A DNA stretch of 64,000 nucleotides from an uncultured Gammaproteobacteria bacterium (GCA_964596525.1 CAZQUL010000001.1:12830-76829), one strand, 5' to 3'. Shown: positions 27,285-37,101, counted from the first letter of the stretch. Numbers and translations: made by a program. Notes: a model not told the origin generated them from the letters alone.

Positions 27285-30200
27285 TTAGACCACAACGGAA
27301 AGAAGCTTGCCTTTCACGTAAATGATCTTCTTCGGTTCATTGCCTTCGAGCCATTTTATCACTTTCTCGCTCGCGAGCGCGCGCTTTTTTATTTCATCCT
27401 CGCTCGTTTCAGCGGCAACGGTGAGCGTATCGCGTACCTTGCCGTTAACCTGCACGGCGATTTCGAGTTCCTGCGCTTTGGCAAGATCTGAATCATATGC
27501 GGGCCAGGCGGCGTACGCCACACTCCCCTCTTCGCCGAGCGCGCGCCACAGCTCTTCGGACAGGTGTGGCGCAAAAGGTGCGACGAGCCGAACGACGATT
27601 GATAGCGTTTCACGGGTTAAATTTTCTTCACGAGCCAAATCGTTAGAAAGTTCCATCAAACTTGCGACCGCAGTGTTGAAACGCATCGCTTCGATGTCTT
27701 CGGAAACTTTCTTGATGGTCCGATGGAGAGTATTGAGCACACCGGGAGAATCCGAGGTTTGAGATTCAGTTTCTGCAATCTTTATTTTCTGCGTGAGCCC
27801 CCACACTTTTTCCAAGAACCTTCTCACCCCGACGAGTCCGTTCGTGTCCCATTCGACCGGCTGATCGAACGGTCCCATGAACATGATGTAGGTGCGGAGC
27901 GTATCGGCACCGTAGTCGGCGATCACGTCGTCGGGATTCACCACGTTACCTTTGCTTTTGCTCATCTTCTCACCACCTTTGGCGAGGATGAGGCCGTGCG
28001 AAGTGCGTTTTTTGTACGGTTCGCTCACCGGTACAAGCCCGATGTCGAATAAGAATTGGTTCCAGAACCGCGAGTAGAGCAGATGGAGCACCGTGTGTTC
28101 CATACCGCCGTTATACCAATCGACTCCGCCTTCGCCTGGCTTCGGCGAGGCAAGCCCGCCATTCGTCATCCAGTATTTTAGTTTTTCCGATGAGGCGAAT
28201 TGTTTGTCGTTATGCGGATCGCAATAACGCAAGAAATACCAGCTCGAACCGGCCCAGTTGGGCATGGTGTCGGTTTCGCGGCGAGCGGCTCCGCCACAGC
28301 GCGGACACGTAGTTTTAACCCAGGATTCGATGGCGGCCAGAGGAGATTCCCCCGTATCGGTCGGTTCGTATTTTTCCACCTTCGGCAACTTGAGTGGAAG
28401 TTCAGATTCAGGAAGCGGAATCCAACCAGGATTAAGCTTTTCTCCTTCTGTTCTAAAAGTTATGGAATCTTTATTATTAGCGCACGAGAAACAGAACACA
28501 AGCGGAATCGGCTCGCCCCAATAACGCTGACGTGAAAATACCCAATCACGCAGCTTGAACTGCACTTCTTTTTTTCCGAGACCGCGCTCTTCGAGTCGAG
28601 CGATGATTTTTTCACGCGCCTCGGCCGTTCCAAGGCCGGTGAATTCGTGGGAGTTGGTAAGAACGCCTTCGCCGGTCCAGAGCTCGTCTTTAAGGACGCG
28701 TTTCCACATGAGGCGCATGTCCTGCACCCATGAGAGGAATTGATCAACTTCGTTCTTGTTTACCCAGTGCAGATCTTGGATATCTTGCTCTTCTTTGGAC
28801 ACTTCTTTCCGGTCGCCATTCTCGAGCTGAAAAAGAAACGGCTGAAAATGCGCCCAGCGGTTTTCGCTCTTTACTACTTGGTAGTACTGCGCATGAATGA
28901 TGCCGCCGAGTTTGCGCACAAGCTTGGCCGAGGTATAACCCGTTTCTTCCACGATTTCGCGCGCGGCGGTTTGGGCCGCGTCTTCGCCATCTTCGATGCC
29001 GCCGATGACGAACCCGCGCCAATCGGTTTTTTTCCATTTGAAGCAAAGATACTTGTCTTCACTCCAGTGTTTGACGATCGCGACCGCGTTGTGGCGTTTC
29101 TTGAAGGGTTCACTGCTGCGCACCGCATCGTCGCCGGTGGTTTTCTTGAAGAGCGGTTCAACAACTTCTCTCACCGGCAAACCGAACGTTTGGGCGAATT
29201 CGAAATCGCGTTCGTCGTGCGCTGGCACGGCCATGATGGCGCCGGTGCCGTAACCCGGAAGCACATAGTCAGCGACGAATATTGGCAGTTCCTTGCCCGT
29301 GAGCGGATGAAGCGCTTTCAATCCTTTAAGCTCTACCCCACTCTTGCCTTTCGCCAGATCGGTACGTTCCAAATCCGATTTCTTGCGGGTTGCTTCGATA
29401 TACTTTCTCACCTCGTCTGCATTTGTGATATCTGCTACCCACGCTTCGACATCTTTATGTTCGGGCGCAACAACGAGAAATTCGACGCCAAACAAAGTGT
29501 CGGGCCGGGTGGTGAAGACTTCGATTGTAGTTTCGTCATTGCGAGCCGAGGTACGGGGTGAATCAATCGCTTTGTTATCAGAACTTATTTTGGCAGCAGA
29601 GTCCGAAGTTGATTTTGGGGATTGCTTCGCTTTGCTCGCAATGACAGAGAAGATAATTCGCGCCCCTTCGCTTTTCCCGATCCAATTCTCTTGCTGCGTT
29701 TTTGCCTGCGGAATGTAATCAACGTCTTTGAGCCCGGCGAGGAGTTTGTCGGCGTACTTCGTAATGGCGAGCATCCACTGTTCTTTGTCACGGCGCTCCA
29801 CGGCCGTACCGCACCGCTCACAACAGCCGTTTACCACTTCTTCGTTGGCGAGACCGATTTTGTCTTTGGGGCACCAATTGATGGGCTGGTTTTTTTTGTA
29901 GGCGAGACCATGTTTATAAAATTGTAAAAACAACCACTGCGTCCATTTAAAGTACGCGGGGTCGGTGGTATCGACGACACGCGACCAGTCGAAACTGAAA
30001 CCAGACGCTTTGAGCTGGCGCGTAAAGGTAGCGATGTTTTCAGCGGTCACGTCGGAGGGCAGCCGGCCAGTTTTGATAGCAAAGTTTTCAGTCGGGAGTC
30101 CGAACGCGTCGAAGCCGATGGGGTACAACACGTTCTCTCCCTGCATGCGGCGCTTGCGGGCGATAACGTCCATGGCCGTAAACGGACGGCTATGACCCAC

Positions 30201-30347
30201 ATGCAAGCCAGCGCCGGAGGGATACGGAAATTCAATAAGGGCGAAAAATTTTTTCTTAGCTTCGTCTTCAGAGACGGCGAACGTCTTGTTTTTATCCCAG
30301 AATTCCTGCCATTTCTTTTCGATCTCGGCGGGGGTGTACTTGTGCAT
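27285..30347 (-). CDS. leuS: leucyl-tRNA synthetase with inserted Nudix hydrolase domain
   Basis: HVGH, the editing-domain segments TTRPDTLFG and GTGAIMAVPAHDERDFEFA, and KMSKS are all present. The Nudix box GGIEDGEDAAQTAAREIVEETGY lies within an approx 160-aa insertion (aa 395-555). Confidence 0.95.
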   Translation of the reverse strand: MHKYTPAEIEKKWQEFWDKNKTFAVSEDEAKKKFFALIEFPYPSGAGLHVGHSRPFTAMDVIARKRRMQGENVLYPIGFDAFGLPTENFAIKTGRLPSDVTAENIATFTRQLKASGFSFDWSRVVDTTDPAYFKWTQWLFLQFYKHGLAYKKNQPINWCPKDKIGLANEEVVNGCCERCGTAVERRDKEQWMLAITKYADKLLAGLKDVDYIPQAKTQQENWIGKSEGARIIFSVIASKAKQSPKSTSDSAAKISSDNKAIDSPRTSARNDETTIEVFTTRPDTLFGVEFLVVAPEHKDVEAWVADITNADEVRKYIEATRKKSDLERTDLAKGKSGVELKGLKALHPLTGKELPIFVADYVLPGYGTGAIMAVPAHDERDFEFAQTFGLPVREVVEPLFKKTTGDDAVRSSEPFKKRHNAVAIVKHWSEDKYLCFKWKKTDWRGFVIGGIEDGEDAAQTAAREIVEETGYTSAKLVRKLGGIIHAQYYQVVKSENRWAHFQPFLFQLENGDRKEVSKEEQDIQDLHWVNKNEVDQFLSWVQDMRLMWKRVLKDELWTGEGVLTNSHEFTGLGTAEAREKIIARLEERGLGKKEVQFKLRDWVFSRQRYWGEPIPLVFCFSCANNKDSITFRTEGEKLNPGWIPLPESELPLKLPKVEKYEPTDTGESPLAAIESWVKTTCPRCGGAARRETDTMPNWAGSSWYFLRYCDPHNDKQFASSEKLKYWMTNGGLASPKPGEGGVDWYNGGMEHTVLHLLYSRFWNQFLFDIGLVPVSEPYKKRTSHGLILAKGGEKMSKSKGNVVNPDDVIADYGADTLRTYIMFMGPFDQPVEWDTNGLVGVRRFLEKVWGLTQKIKIAETESQTSDSPGVLNTLHRTIKKVSEDIEAMRFNTAVASLMELSNDLAREENLTRETLSIVVRLVAPFAPHLSEELWRALGEEGSVAYAAWPAYDSDLAKAQELEIAVQVNGKVRDTLTVAAETSEDEIKKRALASEKVIKWLEGNEPKKIIYVKGKLLSVVV

Positions 30348-30489
30348 AGGTAAGGTGATTATGGGCGTAGTTTAGCGGTTCATGCGCTGGAAAGCAAGTT
30401 CGAAGCGAAGGACGAGTCTGTTTTTTGTTTTGACAAAAAAACATGCTCATGAAACTATATGACCGGTCCAACCGCGATAGGAGAAACCC

Positions 30490-30999
30490 ATGCCCCATCC
30501 GCCGATCGGAGCCCATTTCCTCAACCACATGGCCGGCTGCAACCAAGAGATGCGCGAGCTCCGTCTCGCACGAGAACGGAAGGATCCGAATTTTCAGAAG
30601 ATCCAAGAAATCGTGGAATGGTTCGAAAAGTTTTTTGCGGGTCAAGCCGGCCGCATTACCAAAGAAACGCTCACCGAATACCGCGCCCGAGCGCGTTTGT
30701 GTGCCATGCCGGAGGGGAACGGCAAGCGAGAGCGATTTTACTTTCTGACAAGCGAAGGCCTAGTCGTGTCCGGGGCAGACTGGAGCATGCTCTTCGCCAC
30801 TACTCTGCACGCCTTTGCCCGCGATGTGGTGGAAAGCGGTGTTGAATTCTCGACTATCATGCACCATCTCACGCGCTCGATCGAGAACCTGGTCAACTGG
30901 ATGCCGGTTCCGTGCGATCCCGAGCCAAGCCTGCCGCTAGCTCTCATCGTTTCTCCCCAAGCCAAAGCCAACACCGCAGAACACGGTACGGCCAGCTAA
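30490..30999 (+). CDS. hypothetical protein
   Basis: 169-aa ORF. Confidence 0.45.
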   Translation: MPHPPIGAHFLNHMAGCNQEMRELRLARERKDPNFQKIQEIVEWFEKFFAGQAGRITKETLTEYRARARLCAMPEGNGKRERFYFLTSEGLVVSGADWSMLFATTLHAFARDVVESGVEFSTIMHHLTRSIENLVNWMPVPCDPEPSLPLALIVSPQAKANTAEHGTAS

Positions 31000-31148
31000 G
31001 TACGGAAGGCACTTTCTAAGCCTATGACAGCAGACTCTCCGTCTGCTTTTTTGCACCATAATTTCTCGCGGACCGAGTTGACAAAATTATACTGTCGCCT
31101 ATAGTGTGTAAGCCCTGCATCCACGCAATTCTACGACGGAGAGACACC

Positions 31149-31610
31149 ATGCAAACCGCTCTGAGCGAACTTGCTTCGGAGATTGACAGTACGCTGCAAC
31201 GAGCAGCCGCGCAGCGCAAAGCGCACGAAGAGGCAGGCAGAAGGCAGCATTTCAAAGAATTGCTCGACAAACTAGAGGAATACCTGGTCGGAACTGGGCC
31301 AGGCGGTGGATACGATATGCCTTTGCGCCGTGAAGGGGAACAGATCCGACAGCTCCTTAGCCAAACCGGCACGTTCATCGTCCTTTTTCAAGAGACCGGA
31401 CAAGTTCCGCTTACCCGCGAATTGATACTCAACCCCTCAGGCGAGATTATCTCGAGGCCACGCGGGCCGGGCTACGAATCCACGATCGAATTCTCTCGGC
31501 TCGCCGAAGTTCTGACGAGAAATGCCATTTCCTTCGAAGAGCTCCGACTGAGAGTTCAGAATCAAGCCCGTGCTATACTAACAGATCTAAAAGCCACGCT
31601 CGACATCTAA
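31149..31610 (+). CDS. hypothetical protein
   Basis: Start at MQTAL, preceded by GGAGAG. Followed by a terminator. Confidence 0.45.
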   Translation: MQTALSELASEIDSTLQRAAAQRKAHEEAGRRQHFKELLDKLEEYLVGTGPGGGYDMPLRREGEQIRQLLSQTGTFIVLFQETGQVPLTRELILNPSGEIISRPRGPGYESTIEFSRLAEVLTRNAISFEELRLRVQNQARAILTDLKATLDI

Positions 31611-31675
31611 ATGAGCAGTCTCTTGGGCGAGCACTCTAGACACGACGGTGTCAATTCGTACAAGCAATCCATAAC

Positions 31676-31723
31676 AGACCCGCCTACCTCTAGGTAGAGA
31701 GTGTTATACGGGTCTTTTTGTTT
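31676..31723 (+). terminator. terminator after 31149..31610
   Basis: Stem agacccg/cgggtct with a long loop, then TTTTTGTTT. Confidence 0.5.
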
Positions 31724-31727
31724 ATTA

Positions 31728-31756
31728 TTGACAAAAGGGCATTTTTATAGTACAAT
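31728..31756 (+). promoter_or_regulatory. consensus sigma70 promoter (TTGACA-17-TACAAT)
   Basis: ttgacaaaagggcatttttatagtacaat, directly upstream of the small-ORF pair. Confidence 0.65.
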
Positions 31757-31803
31757 TTTTTGTCCGCTTTGCGCGGCTTTGACAATCAATGAAAGGAGTC
31801 GTC

Positions 31804-32010
31804 ATGGCAACACTCGTACCGAAAATCCTACATCAGGACGCTGAGTCGGTTATCTGGAGGTTCAATCGAATTCTCGACAGCGAGCAAGAACGAGAGGTGA
31901 AAGCTGCCATCCTTGGCGAATTTAAAAGTTCCAGCCGCACAGCCGTAACAGTGCTGCCAGTCAACCGGTCATCTACCATCGTCGTTGCCCGGATCATGGA
32001 TTCTTTCTAG
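31804..32010 (+). CDS. small hypothetical protein (68 aa)
   Basis: ATG 5 nt after GAAAGGAG; 17 nt from the next ORF. Confidence 0.45.
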   Translation: MATLVPKILHQDAESVIWRFNRILDSEQEREVKAAILGEFKSSSRTAVTVLPVNRSSTIVVARIMDSF

Positions 32011-32027
32011 CACCCAAGGAGCATGCC

Positions 32028-32603
32028 ATGGACAGCCGAATCAACGTAATCATCGAAAAGATCCAGGCCTTCTTGAAAGGCCCGCAGTGGAAGCAGGCGC
32101 TCGAGAAGCTCAACCCCAAGCAAAAAACCAACCCGCTGATCTTCTTCTACACCGGGAAAGGCCGCTTCATCATCCTCAGGCCCGACGGATTCTACGAGTC
32201 GCAGTGGGCCGAAAAAAAGAACACGCTCACTCCGCGTAGCATCGCGGAAGTCGCTGATGCCGTGACACTGCAAGAGGCCTCGATCGACCAAATCTTGACC
32301 AAGCTCATCAACGAGCTCAAGAGAAGACGGCTCATTCCGCAGTCGATCACCATCGCAATCGAAGGCCGGAACTACCAATTCCTTGTTCCGCGCGGCGTCG
32401 GACTCATCCAGATCGGCATCGAGCACGCCCTGGTCGAGTACTCCTCTTCTGAGGATTCTTACGCCGGCCACTCCCTGCGCGGAACCGGGCTTGTAATCGC
32501 CCGCGGCGAGAAAGTTCTACGCTCGATCGTTACGACCAAACTCCTTTCTACCGACTACCGAGAGTACGACGGAGCGCCGATCAATCCAGGCACGCTCATG
32601 TAG
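32028..32603 (+). CDS. hypothetical protein
   Basis: RBS CAAGGAG; 191 aa. Confidence 0.5.
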   Translation: MDSRINVIIEKIQAFLKGPQWKQALEKLNPKQKTNPLIFFYTGKGRFIILRPDGFYESQWAEKKNTLTPRSIAEVADAVTLQEASIDQILTKLINELKRRRLIPQSITIAIEGRNYQFLVPRGVGLIQIGIEHALVEYSSSEDSYAGHSLRGTGLVIARGEKVLRSIVTTKLLSTDYREYDGAPINPGTLM

Positions 32604-32871
32604 ACGCACCCCGCTTACCCCCGCCCGACGCATATCCGCGCCATCCGATGGGCACACAACAGACCCATCTCCCTTTCTTTCCAAAAAATTGGGAAAAGAG
32701 GGAGGGTCTGTTTTGTTTTTCGCTAAAAAACCACACGAAACTAAACGCGCAGTGATGAGAATTTTCCATATATTTGTCTAAATTTTGATAATCCCATCAT
32801 ATTGTTGACAATATTAAATAAAGGTGATAGGCTGTCCCCGCCTTCCAAACCAACTCGACAAGGACAACGAC

Positions 32872-33276
32872 ATGTACCAGAAGATCCGAAACGCACTTAT
32901 CGCTGCCGGCTGCACGTTTTTCCTCTCGTTTTCCGCCTGCAACGACGACGGCCTGACCGCAGAGGCCATGTCCGAAACCTGGCGCAAGATGACCAGTCCC
33001 AACGAGCTTTTGATCCGCGATGCCTGCGCGGGGAATCTCATCGATGGATTTCCTGGCAGCGGTGAAGTGAAGAGGCGCTCCATCTGCATTCTCAATCCAG
33101 AGGTATCGACCGAGGAATGCCGATATGAGATGGACAGAGCTGCCCCGATTCTGGCCAACAAGCGAACCTTGATGCCCGAGGATGGCAGCGGCAGCTGCGG
33201 CATTTCGAAGCTCCCCTTCATGGGTGGCGAGATCATTGGCTGTACCTACTGCGAATGGACAGTCCAGAAGAAGTAG
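32872..33276 (+). CDS. small Cys-rich lipoprotein
   Basis: MYQKIRNALIAAGCTFFLSFSAC lipobox; 10 Cys in the mature part. Confidence 0.5.
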   Translation: MYQKIRNALIAAGCTFFLSFSACNDDGLTAEAMSETWRKMTSPNELLIRDACAGNLIDGFPGSGEVKRRSICILNPEVSTEECRYEMDRAAPILANKRTLMPEDGSGSCGISKLPFMGGEIIGCTYCEWTVQKK

Positions 33277-33308
33277 CCAGCAACGCTAGCTAGATTTTCC
33301 CCGACGAC

Positions 33309-33330
33309 AGCCCTGCGGGGCTTTTTTATT
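33309..33330 (+). terminator. terminator after 32872..33276
   Basis: agccc-tgcg-gggct followed by TTTTTTATTTT. Confidence 0.65.
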
Positions 33331-33410
33331 TTATGCGAAAGATGTTTAAGAATTGACAAGAAACCACAGCTTCATTAAGGTTGCAAAGAACCTCCCGCTA
33401 GGAGCCCATC

Positions 33411-33803
33411 ATGAAAGCGTTCTTTGCCGCATCCATACTCAGCACCGTCGCCCTGTGCGCACCCGCTACAGGCCGTGCCGAAAACAACAATCCCGACGCC
33501 TACTGCCAAACAGATCAAGGCCTGCACGAACTGAAAGCGGGCGATCACTGCCCGGGCGTCTATGTCACCAAGCTCGCGCTTAACACCTGGTATGAAAGCG
33601 TGTGCAAGGGCGTGCTCATGGTCGATTTTGTAGGCCGAATCAACATAATTTTCAGCTGCTACTCGTCCCTGGGCCGCATCCAGCGCTCCCATGTCTGCGC
33701 CGAAAATCGACCCGATGTTCATATTTCACACTCGGGCCCGCATAAAGGCGCCGGAACAGGCGGCGGGAGCTCCATCAAAGCGCTGTGCGCGATTCGCAAA
33801 TAA
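33411..33803 (+). CDS. small secreted Cys-rich protein
   Basis: RBS AGGAG. Signal peptide MKAFFAASILSTVALCAPATGRA. Confidence 0.55.
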   Translation: MKAFFAASILSTVALCAPATGRAENNNPDAYCQTDQGLHELKAGDHCPGVYVTKLALNTWYESVCKGVLMVDFVGRINIIFSCYSSLGRIQRSHVCAENRPDVHISHSGPHKGAGTGGGSSIKALCAIRK

Positions 33804-33839
33804 CCGCCAACAAGACTGCTGCAATATTCGCATCCAGCG

Positions 33840-33866
33840 CGCGCCTTCTGGCGCGTTTTTTATTTT
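33840..33866 (+). terminator. terminator after 33411..33803
   Basis: GC stem cgcgcc/ggcgcg with loop ttct, then T6. Confidence 0.7.
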
Positions 33867-33903
33867 AATAAATCTTGCACGATAGAATCGTTGAGACAAA
33901 TAT

Positions 33904-33929
33904 AAAAGGTCCTCTTTTGCGAAGACCTT
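33904..33929 (-). terminator. terminator for 33971..35044
   Basis: Stem aaaggtc/gaccttt with a 12-nt loop, then a U-rich tract on the minus strand. Confidence 0.5.
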
Positions 33930-33970
33930 TGCAGTACTGAGACTACCGTTTTTCTCCTAGGAACTTACTA

Positions 33971-35044
33971 TCAGTCTGTTCCCAGCGTAATTCCAGCCAC
34001 ATCTCCCCGCTCGGTGAAGTGGTAGAGCGTGTTAGGAGGACTGTAGTCAATGACCGGAACTGACCGCGCACTCATGCTTGTCCGGAGGAAGCACCAGGCA
34101 TCCATTGCGATGTTGTAGGCCTGGAGCCAATCGGAGCCCGTACCGGCCACCTCGTACTTGGTCAGGCCGTTTGCCTGCCAGACGACATCACCACGCAGCG
34201 TATACGCACCACCGCGGTTGGCGAGCCCGGCCGGCGTCTTGGATACCCAAGCGGAATTGACGAGAACGGTCACGTCGGTCGAAAACGTTTCGATGTCCTT
34301 GCCGAAGACGTAAAGGGCACCGTTGTACACCACTGCCCCATCACCCATTCCCTGCGGGCGGTCGGGCAGCATGCGCCACATCATAGTCGCGACATCATAC
34401 GCCATGGCCTTGGCCGGAGAACCGACCGGGCCGCTCAGCGCATACATCGTCCCCCCGCCAGATGCAGTGGTAGGCGGGTATTTGGGCGTTTCGGCCAGAG
34501 GGAAAGACATCACATCAACCCACGTGTCCGAGGCCATATTGTACCGCATCAGGCGATTCCCGGCCATCTTGGGGACGAAAGCATAAAGCACATTCTGCAC
34601 TTCCGCTACCGCCACCGGTCCCGTAACTCCGGCGATCGATGATCGCGGAGCCCAAGCATTTGTCTGCAAGTTGAGCTCGTAGTGATCGCCGTCGGCAACC
34701 AAGTTGAAAGCGTGGAAGCTGTTCCCTACCAGGGTCGCTCCGGCGACCTTGGGCGGGTTACGCAGGGCATAACCCGAGAAGACAGCTCCGCGATGGTTGG
34801 CTCCTGCACCCGTGGTGGTCACCAGGCCGTGGGTGATCTGCGGTGCTTGAAAGCACGGCGTAGGCCCATTAGGAGACAAATCGTCCGGACTAGGCTTGAG
34901 ATCGCTCCCGCTCATATCAACGCCACCTGCGTCCGAACATCCGCCGGTAGATAGGCAGCCCATCGTCGTATCCGGGGGAGAACCCATCATGTTGCAGCCA
35001 AAACCCGAAAACCCAATCAACGCAAGCACGAGAACTTTCTTCAT
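33971..35044 (-). CDS. lipoprotein, probable beta-propeller/Kelch-like
   Basis: Start MKKVLVLALIGFSGFGC (lipobox), preceded by AGGAG. Confidence 0.55.
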   Translation of the reverse strand: MKKVLVLALIGFSGFGCNMMGSPPDTTMGCLSTGGCSDAGGVDMSGSDLKPSPDDLSPNGPTPCFQAPQITHGLVTTTGAGANHRGAVFSGYALRNPPKVAGATLVGNSFHAFNLVADGDHYELNLQTNAWAPRSSIAGVTGPVAVAEVQNVLYAFVPKMAGNRLMRYNMASDTWVDVMSFPLAETPKYPPTTASGGGTMYALSGPVGSPAKAMAYDVATMMWRMLPDRPQGMGDGAVVYNGALYVFGKDIETFSTDVTVLVNSAWVSKTPAGLANRGGAYTLRGDVVWQANGLTKYEVAGTGSDWLQAYNIAMDAWCFLRTSMSARSVPVIDYSPPNTLYHFTERGDVAGITLGTD

Positions 35045-35282
35045 GGTCAACTCCTGACTGTCGCCTGGGGTTTCTAAGCCAAGAGGTCCTGTGTAAGCGG
35101 TCCGATGGTACGAACGCCCATTCGGGCCGTAGAGCAAAACCATCTCGTCAGTCGAGATGGCTGAGAGCAGGTTATACCATTCAAAAAGAAAGTAAAGACA
35201 ATAAAGTGGATAAGTTAGCCAAATCCGAACATATCTTGACGATGATGCTAGACCATGCTAGATTGCTGCCTTGGAGGGAACT

Positions 35283-35681
35283 ATGCTCATTATTAAAAGA
35301 AAAGTGCGGTTGACATGCCTGCTTGGGTTTTTCTTAGCTATGTGGCACACCCCGGTACAGGCACAAACAACGGAACAGGCATCCAATTCGAACACCGCCC
35401 AGCCGCCGCTTACCATCCTCAAACGCAGCTACGACTACTCGGTATTTTGCCGCGATTATAGCCGGCTTATCGTAGAAACGCAGCCGAATAAGGAATTCCA
35501 ACGGATCAGTTGCCTTCACGATGACGGCAGCGAAGACGTTATGATCTTCGCCTGCGAAAGCGGCTTCGATCAGGTGTCGCACAGCACTACCTATCGCCAA
35601 CCCAACGGCACATCGGTAACGGTGAGCTGCACCCCAGCACGGCGACATCGGCACCACCGACGATCCAACGATCGGTCGTAG
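35283..35681 (+). CDS. small secreted Cys-containing protein
   Basis: RBS GGAGGG. Signal peptide ends VQAQ. Confidence 0.5.
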   Translation: MLIIKRKVRLTCLLGFFLAMWHTPVQAQTTEQASNSNTAQPPLTILKRSYDYSVFCRDYSRLIVETQPNKEFQRISCLHDDGSEDVMIFACESGFDQVSHSTTYRQPNGTSVTVSCTPARRHRHHRRSNDRS

Positions 35682-35792
35682 ACCAACGTTTAGGCGCCAT
35701 CCACCTGCTTCATTGACGCCAACCGCTCACTCGGGCAGACTGGCGCTTGAAGGCCTTGAGATTCAGCAACCGTTCGCTTTATGGAGGAAACG

Positions 35793-36224
35793 ATGAAACG
35801 CTTTTCGCTCGCTTTTTCCCTGTTCCTTGGCACTGTTTCTGCCGCCCCAGCTTCGGCCGACTCAAATCAGGCCAGTTTCAGGGCAGAATACTGCATGAAT
35901 GAAAAGAATCAAGGGGAAGTGCGCAAGCTCGAGCAGGGCGAGGCCTGCCACGGCCTGCCCGTAAGCTACGGCACCGTTGGCGATGGGTTCTACTACTCTC
36001 TTATCTGCCCCACCTCGAAGAAGCTAAGCCATTACACGCCAACCAATCTGGGTCCGCAGGAGGATAAGACGTCGGTCGTCTTTACGTGCGACGATGTGTC
36101 GTACATGGTCATTTGTACTGCCAACGGTAAAGGTAGCAAAGAAATGTCCATTACCGTACGCGGCCCCACGCGCTTTTCGTTAAAGAAAGCTAACGTCCTT
36201 ACTGCGGAGTGCCTAAAGAAGTAA
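35793..36224 (+). CDS. small secreted Cys-rich protein
   Basis: RBS GGAGGA. Signal peptide MKRFSLAFSLFLGTVSAAPASA. Confidence 0.55.
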   Translation: MKRFSLAFSLFLGTVSAAPASADSNQASFRAEYCMNEKNQGEVRKLEQGEACHGLPVSYGTVGDGFYYSLICPTSKKLSHYTPTNLGPQEDKTSVVFTCDDVSYMVICTANGKGSKEMSITVRGPTRFSLKKANVLTAECLKK

Positions 36225-36237
36225 ACGGCCTTTCATC

Positions 36238-37101
36238 TCACTTCTGACACACGCTACACCAGTGCGTACCGCGTCCCGCGACGCGGCTTTTTTGTATCGG
36301 GCCTTTTTGGCACGTCGGACAGGTCTCCCCTTCTTTCTCATACACTTTCAAAATACTCGAAAAATTCCCCGTCTTTCCTTCGCTGTCGACGTAATTGTTA
36401 AAGGTCGTGCCGCGATACTCAATGGCAAGCGCGATAATGCGGATGGTTTCATCATACAACGCTCGGATCTCTTTCGGTTTAAGAGTGGAAGTTCGGCGAG
36501 ATGGCGCTACATGCGCGGCATGGCAGATTTCGTCGGCATAAATATTGCCGATACCAGAAACAAACGCCTGGTTTAAAAGCAATGCTTTGATATTCATCTT
36601 TTTCTTTTTGATAAGAACGGCGAACACGTCGAACGTAAAATCGTCACGCAACGGTTCGATGCCGTACTTTTCGAGAACGTTTTCCAACTCTTCATCATTT
36701 ACGATTTTGATGTATCCAAACCGGCGTGAGTCATTAAAAAACAACGTTGAACCGTCGGTGAACGTAATCGCCGCTTGTGTGTGCTTGTTCGGCAGCTCAG
36801 TATCCATGGTAGAAAAACTGTGCCCGCCGGCGAATACTTTTTCTTTCACTTTGTAAATCAGCTGCCCGGTCATTTTAAGGTGCAAGAGCACCGCGCCAGC
36901 ACGATCTTTAAGGCGGAACATAAGCAACTTACCGCGCCGTTCGATCTCGATGAATTCTGAGTGCGTTAAAAAATTAATGGTTTCCACGCGCTTCCCACCT
37001 ACGACTTTATCAAACCAAATCTCGACCTTATCGATCGGTTTATTCAAGATTTTGCGCCGCAGATCCTGGCGGATGGTTTCTACTTCGGGGAGTTCGGGCA
37101 T
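36238..37101 (-). CDS. mutM: formamidopyrimidine-DNA glycosylase (Fpg/MutM)
   Basis: N-terminal MPELPEVE and C-terminal zinc finger CPTCQ...CSVCQ. Confidence 0.9.
   Translation of the reverse strand: MPELPEVETIRQDLRRKILNKPIDKVEIWFDKVVGGKRVETINFLTHSEFIEIERRGKLLMFRLKDRAGAVLLHLKMTGQLIYKVKEKVFAGGHSFSTMDTELPNKHTQAAITFTDGSTLFFNDSRRFGYIKIVNDEELENVLEKYGIEPLRDDFTFDVFAVLIKKKKMNIKALLLNQAFVSGIGNIYADEICHAAHVAPSRRTSTLKPKEIRALYDETIRIIALAIEYRGTTFNNYVDSEGKTGNFSSILKVYEKEGETCPTCQKGPIQKSRVAGRGTHWCSVCQK

Noticed and set aside
30432-30470. putative promoter TTGACA upstream of 30490 gene
   Set aside because: -10 element and spacing ambiguous; not reported as a feature.
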